64,000 bases of DNA, taken from NCBI GenBank assembly GCA_913047775.1, contig CAJWUE010000001.1:15390-79389 (forward strand), read 5' to 3'. Position 1 is the first letter of the stretch. Every line of letters begins with the position of its first letter. The position numbers and the translations under genes are program-made. Shown here one piece after another: positions 1 through 10,300 of this stretch. The stretch is from an uncultured Rhodobiaceae bacterium (GTDB lineage Bacteria > Pseudomonadota > Alphaproteobacteria > MED-G09). The notes beneath the pieces were generated by a model. The model was not told the DNA's origin. It worked only from the letters and a program-made list of their open reading frames with translations, and did no database searches.

Positions 1-959
1 GAGAGACCTCTGTAAAAAAAATAAGGGATTACTCAAAGAAAAATAATATCCCGATGATAGAGGCCTCAAATGATCTAATCATAAATTCAACATTTAAAGG
101 AAAAACCAAGGAATCCTTATTGCAACTCATAAATCTAATATACAGATGGCATGATCAGATTGATAAACATAACAATAATGAACTAGCAGAAATGATTATT
201 GAAGATTCAGGGTATTTGGAAATGCTAAGGAAGGATGAGTCTCTAACTTCTACAGGAAGAGTGGAAAATATATATGAGTTATTCAAATCACTGGAACCCT
301 TTGAAAGTATACAAGCCTATCTTGAGCACATTTCACTAGTAATGGAAATTGACAGGGATCAGGATGGTCAAAAAGTAAGTTTAATGACCCTTCACGCAGC
401 TAAAGGATTAGAGTTTGATTATATTTTTCTTCCCGGATGGGAGGAAGGAGTATTTCCTAATCAAAGAGCTATAGACGAAGGAGGTCAGGATTCCCTTGAA
501 GAAGAAAGGCGTCTTGCTTATGTAGGAATTACACGCGCAAAGAAAAAATCTTCTATATTTTTTTCAGCAAACAGAAAGATGCACAACCAATGGATTTCGT
601 CTGTACCATCCAGATTTGTGAATGAGTTACCAGAAAATAATACAGAATTAAATATGTCTCACTTTTCGGGCGAGAAAGAATTATTTAAGAAAAAAGATTT
701 CAGCGACTTTGACCAGTCTGACTACGAGACTCCGGGATGGGAAAGAGGAAAGAATTTTACCGACACTCAATCATTGGAACACAAAAACACTAAATTTATT
801 GAAAATTCTAACAATTCATCATTTCATATGGGCTCAAAAGTTATTCATAAGAAGTTTGGGGAAGGAAAAGTGTTAAGTGTTGATGGTAAAAAATTAACTA
901 TAAATTTTGGTAAGGGTGGCACAAGAAAAGTTATGGAAAATTTTGTAGAAGAGTTATAA
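1..959 (+). CDS. uvrD: DNA helicase II UvrD/PcrA family, C-terminal portion; the reading frame is open to the window start, so the gene is 5'-truncated
   Basis: Helicase motifs 'LHAAKGLEFDYIFLPGWEEG' and 'RRLAYVGITRAKKK' (motif VI), plus a C-terminal 'HKKFGEGKVLSVDG' Tudor-like tail. There is no in-frame stop between position 3 and the ATG at 54. Confidence 0.8.
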   Translation, partial: ETSVKKIRDYSKKNNIPMIEASNDLIINSTFKGKTKESLLQLINLIYRWHDQIDKHNNNELAEMIIEDSGYLEMLRKDESLTSTGRVENIYELFKSLEPFESIQAYLEHISLVMEIDRDQDGQKVSLMTLHAAKGLEFDYIFLPGWEEGVFPNQRAIDEGGQDSLEEERRLAYVGITRAKKKSSIFFSANRKMHNQWISSVPSRFVNELPENNTELNMSHFSGEKELFKKKDFSDFDQSDYETPGWERGKNFTDTQSLEHKNTKFIENSNNSSFHMGSKVIHKKFGEGKVLSVDGKKLTINFGKGGTRKVMENFVEEL

Positions 960-984
960 TTAAGAAAAACAACTGTGGATAATC

Positions 985-2757
985 TTGGAAAATAGTAGAA
1001 ATAATATAGGTAAATTGAGAATGTTGTTTAAAACAAACAACATTGATGGTTATTTGTTGCCACATGAAGATGAATTATTAAGCGAATATCTTCCAAAATA
1101 TGCAGAAAGACTGAGCTGGCTTACTAATTTCAGTGGCTCAGCAGGCCTTAGCTTTATATCTTTAAAAAAAGCAATTATTTTTGTAGATGGCAGATATACA
1201 ACACAAGTCAGAAAAGAAACCAACCCAAAAATTTTTGAATATGAACATCTTATTGATCCTGGTTTTGTAAAATGGATTAAAAAGAATCCATTTAAAAATA
1301 GAAGGATAGGATTCGATCCAAAAACAGTGTCGCAATCAAATTATCAAAGAATAAAAAAGGCTTGCAAAATATCAAATATAGAATTTATTGAGACTAAAAA
1401 TCTACTGGATTTAATATGGAAAAGACAAAAAAAGTATAAAAACCCTATTTTTATGCATGAGCTTAAGTATTCAGGAATAGAATCCTCTGTGAAAAAGAGA
1501 AAAATTCTTAAATCGATAACAAATGAAGGCGCAGATTCTCTTCTTGTTTCGCAACCTGAAAATGTATGTTGGATACTGAATATAAGAGGGCAGGATCTTG
1601 AACACACCCCTATCCTTCGTAGTCATCTGATAATAGATAAAAACAATAAAGTTGCGTTATTTACAGATAATAAAACCATAGACAAAAAAATAAATTATTG
1701 GATCGGTGATGATGTCGAAATATGTAAGATTGGAGAAATCGAAGCGTATTTAAAGAAGATGAAGTTTAAGAAAACTCAATATGATCCTGATCATACATCC
1801 CGATATCATTCGAAACTTATAAGAGGACTTTCACTTTCATACAAAGAGGGGAAAGACCCTACAACACTCATGAAAGCTTGCAAAAATAACGTTGAAATAA
1901 AAGGAATGTTTGAAGCTCATTTGAACGATGGAGTTGCTTTAACGAAATTCTTATTTTGGCTAGAGAAAAATACTAAAAAAATGAAAATAGATGAGCTGAC
2001 AGCCCAAAAAAAACTTTTAGAATTTAGAAAAAGAAATAAAGACCTCAAATCATTGTCATTTAATACAATTTCTGGGACAGGAAGTAATGGGGCAATAATC
2101 CATTACAAATCAAATCGAAAAACCAACAAAGTTCTAAAACCTGGGGACCTTTTTCTTTTGGACTCTGGAGGACAATACAAATGTGGGACAACTGATGTAA
2201 CAAGAACCCTAGGGATAAATAATAATATTTTAGATATAATTGAAGAAAAAATTAATAATTTTACGCTTGTGCTTAAAGGACATATTGCGGTTGCAACTAA
2301 TCATTTCAAATATGGCGAAACTGGAATTAAACTTGATACCTTAGCTAGAAAGTTTTTAAAGAAAGAGGGTCTCAATTTCGATCATGGGACTGGACATGGA
2401 GTGGGAAGCTATCTTGGTGTCCATGAGGGTCCCCAAAGTATATCTCCACGATCAGCAGTTCCCCTTGAAAAGGGAATGATCGTATCTAATGAACCCGGGT
2501 ATTACAAAGAAGGAGCTTATGGGATACGAATTGAAAACCTAGTTGTTGTAAAGAATAGTAGAAAAAAAGACGTAGATCTTTGTTTTGAAACCTTGACGCT
2601 TGCACCTTTAGATAAAAACCTCATCAATAAACACCTTTTGAATAACCAAGAAACATATTGGTTAAATTCGTATCATAAAAAAGTCTATAAGAAATTATCA
2701 CCATTTATGAACAAACAGGAAAAGGAATGGCTTAAAAATTCTACTCTTCCGTTGTAG
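985..2757 (+). CDS. pepP: Xaa-Pro aminopeptidase (M24B, creatinase/prolidase family), long three-domain form
   Basis: Metal-ligand region 'HGTGHGVGSYLGVHEGP' and 'SNEPGYY..EGAYGIRIEN'. At 590 aa it is much longer than E. coli PepP. Confidence 0.75.
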   Translation: MENSRNNIGKLRMLFKTNNIDGYLLPHEDELLSEYLPKYAERLSWLTNFSGSAGLSFISLKKAIIFVDGRYTTQVRKETNPKIFEYEHLIDPGFVKWIKKNPFKNRRIGFDPKTVSQSNYQRIKKACKISNIEFIETKNLLDLIWKRQKKYKNPIFMHELKYSGIESSVKKRKILKSITNEGADSLLVSQPENVCWILNIRGQDLEHTPILRSHLIIDKNNKVALFTDNKTIDKKINYWIGDDVEICKIGEIEAYLKKMKFKKTQYDPDHTSRYHSKLIRGLSLSYKEGKDPTTLMKACKNNVEIKGMFEAHLNDGVALTKFLFWLEKNTKKMKIDELTAQKKLLEFRKRNKDLKSLSFNTISGTGSNGAIIHYKSNRKTNKVLKPGDLFLLDSGGQYKCGTTDVTRTLGINNNILDIIEEKINNFTLVLKGHIAVATNHFKYGETGIKLDTLARKFLKKEGLNFDHGTGHGVGSYLGVHEGPQSISPRSAVPLEKGMIVSNEPGYYKEGAYGIRIENLVVVKNSRKKDVDLCFETLTLAPLDKNLINKHLLNNQETYWLNSYHKKVYKKLSPFMNKQEKEWLKNSTLPL

Positions 2758-4879
2758 AAAGAAATTCTTCCCATTTATTCTCATCAAAAACATTTATGCT
2801 GAGTTTATTAGCTTGCTCTACCTTTGAAATTGTAGGTTTTACACCTGTTATAATAAAATCAGTTTTTTTAGAAATACTCGATACAACTTTTGCTCCAAGC
2901 GATTCTATCCTGACCTTCGCCTCTGCCCTACTCATTCCGCTTAACGTTCCTGTAATAACTATTCTTTTTCCTGATATCTTGCTATCAGATTCAATCTTCT
3001 CGTAGTCCCTAACCGTTACACCTGATGCTAATAAATTCTTCACAAGATTACGTGTCTCAGTTCTATCAAAAAAAGTTTGCAATGATTCTACCACTTTACC
3101 ACCAATCCCATCTAGGGATTTCACTTCATTCAGTTCCTCGGAAAGAGAAATATTGGAAAACACTGAAACCATCTTTTTGAGAGAGACAAAATGGCTAGCG
3201 AGAAGAGAGGCTGTTGATGACCCCAAGTGCCGTATTCCTAAAGCAAAGATGAATCTATCCAACTTTATTTCTTTCTTATCTTCAATTGCCTTGAATAGTT
3301 TTATTGCACTATCTTTTATAGTATTGATCTTTGATTTTGATCCTGAAGTATAGATCCATATATTCGGGGGGTTATCCCTATATTTTTTCTCAAGAGAAAA
3401 GATATCAATAGGATCTTTAATCAGACCCATATCAAAATAATCATTAACCTGCTTTTCACCAATACCATCTATATCGAAAGCCTCTTTTGAAACAAAATGC
3501 TTTAGTCTTTCCTTTGCTTGAGATGAACAAGAAAAACCGCCAGTGCAGCGAATATATTTTTCATAGGACATTTTTTTTCCATCTTTATCGGACAACAACT
3601 CTTTTTCTGCGGGGGACCCACAAACAGGACATTTTTCAGGAATCTTGATTTCTCTTAAACTGTCCTTCCTTTTTGATTTAATAACCTCGATCACCTGGGG
3701 AATGACATCACCTGCCCTCTGAACCCAAACTTTGTCACCAATTCGGATATCCTTTTTTTGTATATCTTCATAATTATGCAAACTGGCATTTGAAACCACC
3801 GCCCCTCCAATCATAACCGGTTTCAATCTTGCGACAGGAGTCAGTACTCCTGTTCTTCCTACCTGAATGTGAACATCAATGATCTCTGAAGCTGCCCTTT
3901 CAGAAGGAAACTTGTGAGCAATTGCCCAACGTGGGTGGTGGTCAGTTGACTGGAGTCTTTCTCTCCAGTCAAGTCTATTTAATTTGTAGACAATTCCATC
4001 AATGTCATAACCAATATCTATTCTTTTTCTGAGTATTTCATCGTAATATTTTTCCAATGATTTTAGAGAATCATGAACTGTTGATAAAGGATTAACTGGT
4101 AATCCTAAATCATTGAAATTATTTATTATATCACTATGTTTTTCGTATAATAATGGAGATATTCTACCCCAACTATATGCAAAAAAACGTAATGGTCTTT
4201 TAGATGTTTCCATTGGGTCAAGTTGTTTTAAAGATCCTGCTGCAGCATTCCTCGGATTCTTAAACAAATCTTTTCCACTCTCTTCTTGTAATCTATTCAA
4301 TTCATCAAAATCCTCATGGGAAATATAAACTTCTCCCCTGACTTCAAGAACTTTAGGAGCTTTCTTTTCGTTAATTTTTTTTGGTATATCTACAATCGTT
4401 TTCAAATTCTCAGTAACATCTTCACCATAAGAACCATCCCCTCTCGTCGCCCCAAGGACCATTTTGCCTTCCTCGTATATTATTGTTGCAGATAAGCCGT
4501 CAATTTTAGGTTCAGCAACAAACTCAATCTGCTGATTCTGATCAAGCATTAAAAAACTACTAAGGCTATCAATCCAACTTTGAACTTCATTTAGATCTTT
4601 TGCATTTTGAATAGACAACATAGGTATAGAATGTTTTACCTTATTGAATTTTTCTAATGGCTTTGCGCCAACTAAATCAGTTGGTGAATTTTTTCTCTTT
4701 AATTCAGGAAATTCTTTTTCAATCTCAGTAGCGCGTCTGAATAACTTGTCAAATTCTGTATCTGAAATTTGAGGATCGTCATCTAGGTGATATTTCTGGT
4801 TATGAAACTCTAATTCTTTGTAGAGCTTAACAAGTTCTTTTTGTGAATCTTTTTTTTTGATTTTCTGATCGATATTCAT
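2741..4879 (-). CDS. ligA: NAD-dependent DNA ligase
   Basis: Adenylation motif 'EPKIDG', a Cys4 zinc finger 'CPVCGS..C', and HhH and BRCT-like C-terminal regions. Length is 712 aa. Confidence 0.9.
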   Translation of the reverse strand: MNIDQKIKKKDSQKELVKLYKELEFHNQKYHLDDDPQISDTEFDKLFRRATEIEKEFPELKRKNSPTDLVGAKPLEKFNKVKHSIPMLSIQNAKDLNEVQSWIDSLSSFLMLDQNQQIEFVAEPKIDGLSATIIYEEGKMVLGATRGDGSYGEDVTENLKTIVDIPKKINEKKAPKVLEVRGEVYISHEDFDELNRLQEESGKDLFKNPRNAAAGSLKQLDPMETSKRPLRFFAYSWGRISPLLYEKHSDIINNFNDLGLPVNPLSTVHDSLKSLEKYYDEILRKRIDIGYDIDGIVYKLNRLDWRERLQSTDHHPRWAIAHKFPSERAASEIIDVHIQVGRTGVLTPVARLKPVMIGGAVVSNASLHNYEDIQKKDIRIGDKVWVQRAGDVIPQVIEVIKSKRKDSLREIKIPEKCPVCGSPAEKELLSDKDGKKMSYEKYIRCTGGFSCSSQAKERLKHFVSKEAFDIDGIGEKQVNDYFDMGLIKDPIDIFSLEKKYRDNPPNIWIYTSGSKSKINTIKDSAIKLFKAIEDKKEIKLDRFIFALGIRHLGSSTASLLASHFVSLKKMVSVFSNISLSEELNEVKSLDGIGGKVVESLQTFFDRTETRNLVKNLLASGVTVRDYEKIESDSKISGKRIVITGTLSGMSRAEAKVRIESLGAKVVSSISKKTDFIITGVKPTISKVEQANKLSINVFDENKWEEFLSTTEE

Positions 4880-4890
4880 AAGGGTGCTTA

Positions 4891-5661
4891 TTAAGGAAAA
4901 CGTTTGACTAACTCATAACTGTCCTTATACCACTGACTATTTGGGAAATTATATCCTAAAACAGAAGCAGTAGCCTTTGCCTCTTCCATTAGGCCCAACG
5001 AGATATATGCCTCAACAATTCTATGAAGAGCCTCAGGAGTATGGCTTGTTGTCTTGTAGTCAACCACAACACTTCTGAAACGATTGATCGCAGCAAGAAA
5101 TGCGCTTTGTTTTAAATAATATCTACCAATATACATTTCCTTCCCAGCAAGATGGTCCATAGTCAAATCTACTTTCATTTGTGCGTCTCTTGCATAATCT
5201 GTTTCAGGATAGCGCCTAATGATTTCTATAAAGGACTCTAAGGCCATTTCGGTTATTTTTTGGTCTCTTGCAACATCAGAAATACGTTCATAGTAGGATT
5301 GACCAATAAGATAGTAAGCGTAAACAGCATACTTATTACCCGGATGTAATGATATAAATCGCTGCGCAGAAGAAATAGCTTCATCATACTTATTTTGTAA
5401 ATAATAGGTATAAGCTGACATCAACATTGCCCTTCGTGCCCAAGAAGAGTAAGGGTGCTGCCTTTCAACTTCATCGAACTCAAAAGCGGCCTGTTGATAA
5501 CGTCCCCTTTCTAGATTATAGAGCGCATTGTTGTATATTGCCTCTAAGGTCCTTTCCCTGTATTCCGGTCGTCCATCGTTACTTGAACAAGAAATTAGGA
5601 GTCCAAAAATTATTATAAATAAACTATTTTTAACAAAATATTTAATGTTCAGATTGATCAT
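4891..5661 (-). CDS. bamD: Outer-membrane protein assembly factor BamD-like TPR lipoprotein
   Basis: Signal peptide with lipobox 'LLISCSS' and TPR-like repeats. Its position between lpxC and ligA matches the alphaproteobacterial ftsZ-lpxC-bamD-(recN)-ligA order. Confidence 0.6.
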   Translation of the reverse strand: MINLNIKYFVKNSLFIIIFGLLISCSSNDGRPEYRERTLEAIYNNALYNLERGRYQQAAFEFDEVERQHPYSSWARRAMLMSAYTYYLQNKYDEAISSAQRFISLHPGNKYAVYAYYLIGQSYYERISDVARDQKITEMALESFIEIIRRYPETDYARDAQMKVDLTMDHLAGKEMYIGRYYLKQSAFLAAINRFRSVVVDYKTTSHTPEALHRIVEAYISLGLMEEAKATASVLGYNFPNSQWYKDSYELVKRFP

Positions 5662-5726
5662 TATGTAATTATATTACTAAAAGAATAAAAGAGCTATACG
5701 AAGCTTATTAAAAAAAATAAAGGAAA

Positions 5727-6671
5727 TTAAGCAACGTCGACATCACGCTCAATATTCAGATTATGATTATCGCCCAACTCAATGATTTCATAAGAGTCTT
5801 TATTTGCAAATAATTCCTTAAGCAGCAAATTATTTGTGTAGTGACCACACAAATAACCTGAGTATTTTCCTTGGATTCGGTAACCGGAAGTAAATAAATC
5901 TCCAACCACATCAAGGAGTTTGTGACGAACAAATTCGTCTTTGTGTCTTAATCCTTCAGAATTAATAACCTCATCATTATCTATAACTATACAATTATCG
6001 AGACTTCCTCCAAGTCCTAGCCCTAAAAACCTCAATGCCTCAACATCTTTCATAAAACCAAACGTACGAGCGCTAGAAGCAAAATCTTTAAAGCTATCAT
6101 TCTCCATAGAGAAAGAAATTGTCTGTTTTCCGATAACCTTATCAGAAAAATCTATGGAAACAAAAAAATCCATACCCTTGCTAGGCTCTAAATGACAAAT
6201 TTTATTTCCATCACTGATGGAAATTTTATCAAGAATCTTTATAAACTTTCTTTTTATAGGAAGGCTAACTATTCCTGCTTCTTCAATTAATTTTATAAAT
6301 GGAAGAGAACTTCCATCCATAATTGGAACTTCGTCTCCATCAATTTCAACCTCGATATTATCTATACCCGAACCACATAAAGCTGCCATTAGGTGTTCTA
6401 TTGTAGATACCTTAGAACCATCATTGTTTTCTATAGTTGTACAAAAGTTTGTATCCGAAACATTATCATATCTTGCTTTTACGGTTCTTTCAGATTGGTC
6501 TGCATCAATATCTTTTCTTACAAAAACTATTCCAGAGTTTTCTTTAGCTGGATTTAAAATAAAACTTATATCATCACCTTTGTGAAGACCAATACCTGAA
6601 GATGAAACTGATTTAGCAATTGTGGTTTGCCAAGGATAAAAACCTGAAGCTTCCATAAAATTACAATCCAT
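5727..6671 (-). CDS. lpxC: UDP-3-O-acyl-N-acetylglucosamine deacetylase. The ORF is open to 6707, but the true start is probably an internal Met, around 6656-6671.
   Basis: 'QTTIAKSVSSSGIGLHKG' aligns with the LpxC N-terminus 'QRTLK..GVGLHSG'. The C-terminal motif 'HKLLDVVGDL' is present. Confidence 0.85.
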   Translation of the reverse strand: MDCNFMEASGFYPWQTTIAKSVSSSGIGLHKGDDISFILNPAKENSGIVFVRKDIDADQSERTVKARYDNVSDTNFCTTIENNDGSKVSTIEHLMAALCGSGIDNIEVEIDGDEVPIMDGSSLPFIKLIEEAGIVSLPIKRKFIKILDKISISDGNKICHLEPSKGMDFFVSIDFSDKVIGKQTISFSMENDSFKDFASSARTFGFMKDVEALRFLGLGLGGSLDNCIVIDNDEVINSEGLRHKDEFVRHKLLDVVGDLFTSGYRIQGKYSGYLCGHYTNNLLLKELFANKDSYEIIELGDNHNLNIERDVDVA

Positions 6672-6834
6672 TTTTGGGTATTTAATTCGGGAATCTATTG
6701 TAGACATTCATACTTCCTTATTGTCACTCTTTTTAAATTTTATTGAGTAGCCTCTAGTAATACCATTTTAGTTAACAGTGGTATTCCTTTAAGCCAAATA
6801 AAAGATTGTGTCGTTTTGTAACGATTAGATTTGA

Positions 6835-8199
6835 TTAATTATTTTTTTTTCTTTGAAAGGCAGGTATTTCTAACTGGGAATCAAGATCATCATCATCAAT
6901 GTTATCAAAACGATCACTCTTAAAAAGGGGAACCCCATCATCATTTTCCCATTCTTCTGGTTCTGTAATATTTTCATTTAAATTCGCATCCTGATCTTCG
7001 TCCACTTCCATTTCCTTATCAACAGATACATCTAAATCATTCTCTTCAATACCTCTGTAATTCTCATCTTTTCTTGGTGTTTCTGGTGGAATTTGGCGAA
7101 CTTCGAGCTCTACTGATCGGATTGCATCATTAGCGCTCTCACTCTCATCAGTTGTCTGATCATTTTTCTGATCTAAAATAGGGCTTTCTTCTAGATTAAC
7201 TATTTTGTCTTCACCACCAGTCTCATTAGTCATTCCAGTAGCTACCGTAGAAACTATTATCTCATCACCTAGGTCGTCATCTTCAAAAAGTCCTGTTATG
7301 ATTTCGCAATCCTGATTATGATTTTGATCTTTTACTGCATGTACAGCTGAATCCATTTCAGCTAGAGTTATTTCCGTGCTAGCCGTTATAGATATAAGCA
7401 ACCCTTGAGCATCTCTTAAATTTACTTCATCTAGCATTGGGTTTGATATTGACATTTCTGCCGCCCTAACAGATCTGTTTTCACCTGAAGATTTTCCAAC
7501 CCCGAAAGAGGCCTTGCCAACAAATGCCATTACCGTTTTTACATCTGCAAAATCTATATTTATTCTTCCTTTCTGTACAATTAGGGAGCTAATTGCAGAC
7601 ACCCCATCATACAATGTACGATTTATGATCTCATTGCATTCATTAAAATTTGTTTCAATATTAGCCACTCTGAAAACATTTTCATTAGGAACGACTATCA
7701 AAGTATCAACACATTTGGATAATTCTTTTACACCTTCCTCAGCCATTTTCATTTTTTTCGTACCATCAAATCTCCAAGGGGTTGTCACAACACCGACAGT
7801 AAGAATGCCCATTTCCTTTGCTATTTGAGCAATTATCGGGGCAGCTCCTGTTCCTGTTCCGCCCCCCATACACGCAGAAATAAAAATCATATTAATGCCT
7901 CTTAGATGATCTTTAATTTCTTCAGCAGATTCTTGAGCAGCCTTCTTTCCAATCTTAGGGTCAGCTCCAGCTCCTAAACCTCTGGTAATTTGGGATCCAA
8001 TTTGAATTCTTGTTGTATTTTCTTGAAGAATATTTTCTTCTAGAGCCTGTGCATCAGTATTAACCGAATACAAATCAACACCCGTAAGGCCACATTTAAT
8101 CATTGTTCTTAGAACATTTCCTCCTCCTCCTCCAACTCCGAGTACAGCTAAACGTGGTTTTAACTTCTCAGCTTCAGGCGCAGATAGTTCAATAGACAA
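6835..8199 (-). CDS. ftsZ: Cell division GTPase FtsZ (TTG start, SD AGGAG 8 nt upstream)
   Basis: Tubulin signature 'GGGTGTGAAP', N-terminus 'MSIELSAPEAEKLKPRLAVLGVGGGGGN', a long acidic linker and a C-terminal peptide 'IPAFQRKK'. Confidence 0.95.
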   Translation of the reverse strand: MSIELSAPEAEKLKPRLAVLGVGGGGGNVLRTMIKCGLTGVDLYSVNTDAQALEENILQENTTRIQIGSQITRGLGAGADPKIGKKAAQESAEEIKDHLRGINMIFISACMGGGTGTGAAPIIAQIAKEMGILTVGVVTTPWRFDGTKKMKMAEEGVKELSKCVDTLIVVPNENVFRVANIETNFNECNEIINRTLYDGVSAISSLIVQKGRINIDFADVKTVMAFVGKASFGVGKSSGENRSVRAAEMSISNPMLDEVNLRDAQGLLISITASTEITLAEMDSAVHAVKDQNHNQDCEIITGLFEDDDLGDEIIVSTVATGMTNETGGEDKIVNLEESPILDQKNDQTTDESESANDAIRSVELEVRQIPPETPRKDENYRGIEENDLDVSVDKEMEVDEDQDANLNENITEPEEWENDDGVPLFKSDRFDNIDDDDLDSQLEIPAFQRKKNN

Positions 8200-8268
8200 T
8201 TTCTTCTCCTATATCAGATACTTATACTTCAACTGATTCTTAATTATAAACAAGGGAAAGAAAGCGTT

Positions 8269-9561
8269 CTAAAACCCTGTTCCCATTAAATTTTTAATAA
8301 TTTTCTGAGTAAAACTAGACCTTTTTTTTAAGTGCTTCAGTTCATTTTTTTTTTGATCAAGTGAATGAATTATTACACCAGCACATGAAGAAAAGCCAGG
8401 TCCTGAGGTATTTTCAGATAAACCCCCTAATTTCTTAGGCATTCCCAATCTAACACTACAATCTAAAACCCTTTCTGCAATTTCAAGACTCCCTGTTAGA
8501 TGAGTTGTACCGCCTGTTAATACAACATTTCTTCTTGCAATTTCAGAATATCCTGAATTCTCAATAGCATGTAACGACATCTCAAGAATTTCTTCATATC
8601 TGGGTTTTATAATTGTTATCAAGTCACTTAATTTAAATGACCTTCGCGAACTAGATTTTTCTTCTAATTGTGGTATTTCATAAAATTGTTCCGTATCATT
8701 TGAACCAAATAAAGTGCTCCCATATAGATTCTTTATGCCTTCAGCATGTTCAAAAGGTGTCGAAAGTCCTTTAGCAATATCATTAGAAATATACCATCCA
8801 CCAATTTTTATGGATTTAGTATAAACAACAGTTCCTTCAAAGAAGATTGATATAGAAGTTGTCCCTGATCCTATATCTATACAAACTGAACCCAAATCTT
8901 TTTCATGCTCATGAAGGCAAGCTAATCCTGAAACATAAGGCTCTGCAAGGATATCTAGGATATCAATATGACAATTATGAATTACATTTTCAATATTCAT
9001 AGTAGGGTTATTACTTGATGTAATGAGAGTTAATTCTATTCCTAGAATATCTGCAATTAATCCAGTAGGATCAGGAACATTTCTGGCACCATCAACAAAG
9101 AATTTCGAAGGAATAACATGCAGAACTCTTTTATCACCTATATTTAGGTTTTTTCTTGCATTTTTTATTACTGCGTCAACATGATCCTGATTAACCACCC
9201 TTTCGGACACAGGAATTCTTCCTGATAAGATTGAACTTTTAATGTGACTGCCTGAAATAGATATATAGGCACTACTTACCTCTGCAGATGCTTCATTTTC
9301 TGCATTATCGAGAGCTAATCTAACTGATTTTTCGGCCTCAGATGGATCAATAATTAATCCGTTTTTTATTCCTTTCGATTGGCAATAACCTGCCCCTATG
9401 ATTCTAGCCGCTCTTCTTTCGCGCGTTACTTGATCAATTCTTGCAATAAAACAAGCAATTTTATCTGACCCTAAATCAATTGCCGTCACCAGTCCTTTAG
9501 ACCGATTATTTTTTCTAGCGTCTCCCATAAAAAGATCGTTTTGAAAAGTCTCTTTATTCAT
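8269..9561 (-). CDS. ftsA: Cell division protein FtsA (actin-like ATPase)
   Basis: 'AIDLGSDKI' phosphate-1 and 'DIGSGTT' motifs; sits between ftsQ and ftsZ. Confidence 0.9.
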   Translation of the reverse strand: MNKETFQNDLFMGDARKNNRSKGLVTAIDLGSDKIACFIARIDQVTRERRAARIIGAGYCQSKGIKNGLIIDPSEAEKSVRLALDNAENEASAEVSSAYISISGSHIKSSILSGRIPVSERVVNQDHVDAVIKNARKNLNIGDKRVLHVIPSKFFVDGARNVPDPTGLIADILGIELTLITSSNNPTMNIENVIHNCHIDILDILAEPYVSGLACLHEHEKDLGSVCIDIGSGTTSISIFFEGTVVYTKSIKIGGWYISNDIAKGLSTPFEHAEGIKNLYGSTLFGSNDTEQFYEIPQLEEKSSSRRSFKLSDLITIIKPRYEEILEMSLHAIENSGYSEIARRNVVLTGGTTHLTGSLEIAERVLDCSVRLGMPKKLGGLSENTSGPGFSSCAGVIIHSLDQKKNELKHLKKRSSFTQKIIKNLMGTGF

Positions 9562-10300
9562 TGATTAGCCTTCTAGGCGACTTATCAGTTGCAATTTTTC
9601 CCCTTATCTTCATATCTATTTTTTTGTGTCCATATTCAATAAATTTATATTCTTTTAAATACCTCTTTAAATCAAAGAGCGATTCGCTGATATCTCCTGT
9701 AGGTAATTTGACTAATACTTGATCATCAATATAAATATCCCATCTTCTTTTTGCTATTAAAATTGCATATTGAAGCCTAGAGGCTATGTCGGGATGATCG
9801 TCAAGAGCCAGAATAAGTTCACTGATTTTGCTATCTGCTTCTTTACCTTTAACTAAAAGGAGATCCTCAAAGACTTTTTGACCTGTAACGTTCTCAATGT
9901 GGTAACCGTCTCTATCAAGAACAATCTGTTCCTTATTAAATTCCCAAATTGCAGAAGGCTGATACTCTTCAATAACCACTAACAGGCTATTTGGTAGATT
10001 TCTGTTGATGCTTACATCTTTAACCCAAGGCACGCTCAAAACGTTCTGTCGAATATCATTTAAGTTGAGATTAAATAACGGATCTCCGACCTTTAAATTA
10101 ATTGAAGAGATAATTTCTCCTCTGCTTGACCTATTCCTACCAATTAATTTAATTGACTCTAATTTAAAGACTTTATTGGCGCTCTCATTAAATTGCTCCA
10201 AAAGAACACTACCATTAAAATAAAACAAGTAGACAAATAATGAGAAAAATAAAAAGATAATACTGAAAGAAATATAAAAGTAGCTCCTTATCTTCCGCAT
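9554..10300 (-). CDS. ftsQ: Cell division protein FtsQ/DivIB
   Basis: N-terminal TM helix, POTRA-like region and synteny (ddl-ftsQ-ftsA). Confidence 0.75.
   Translation of the reverse strand: MRKIRSYFYISFSIIFLFFSLFVYLFYFNGSVLLEQFNESANKVFKLESIKLIGRNRSSRGEIISSINLKVGDPLFNLNLNDIRQNVLSVPWVKDVSINRNLPNSLLVVIEEYQPSAIWEFNKEQIVLDRDGYHIENVTGQKVFEDLLLVKGKEADSKISELILALDDHPDIASRLQYAILIAKRRWDIYIDDQVLVKLPTGDISESLFDLKRYLKEYKFIEYGHKKIDMKIRGKIATDKSPRRLINE

Noticed and set aside
1344-1607. Numerous 60-170 aa antisense ORFs embedded in large genes (for example 1344..1607, 7514..7828, 25884..26150, 27227..27583, 42787..43188, 56906..57412)
   Set aside because: Each sits wholly inside a well-supported gene on the opposite strand. 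They have low-complexity or stop-poor frames with no homology signal.
6708-6834. Weak inverted repeat (AATACC...GGTATT) between ftsZ and lpxC as a terminator or attenuator
   Set aside because: It is only a 6-bp stem with a 15-nt loop and no U-tract, and is expected by chance in AT-rich DNA.
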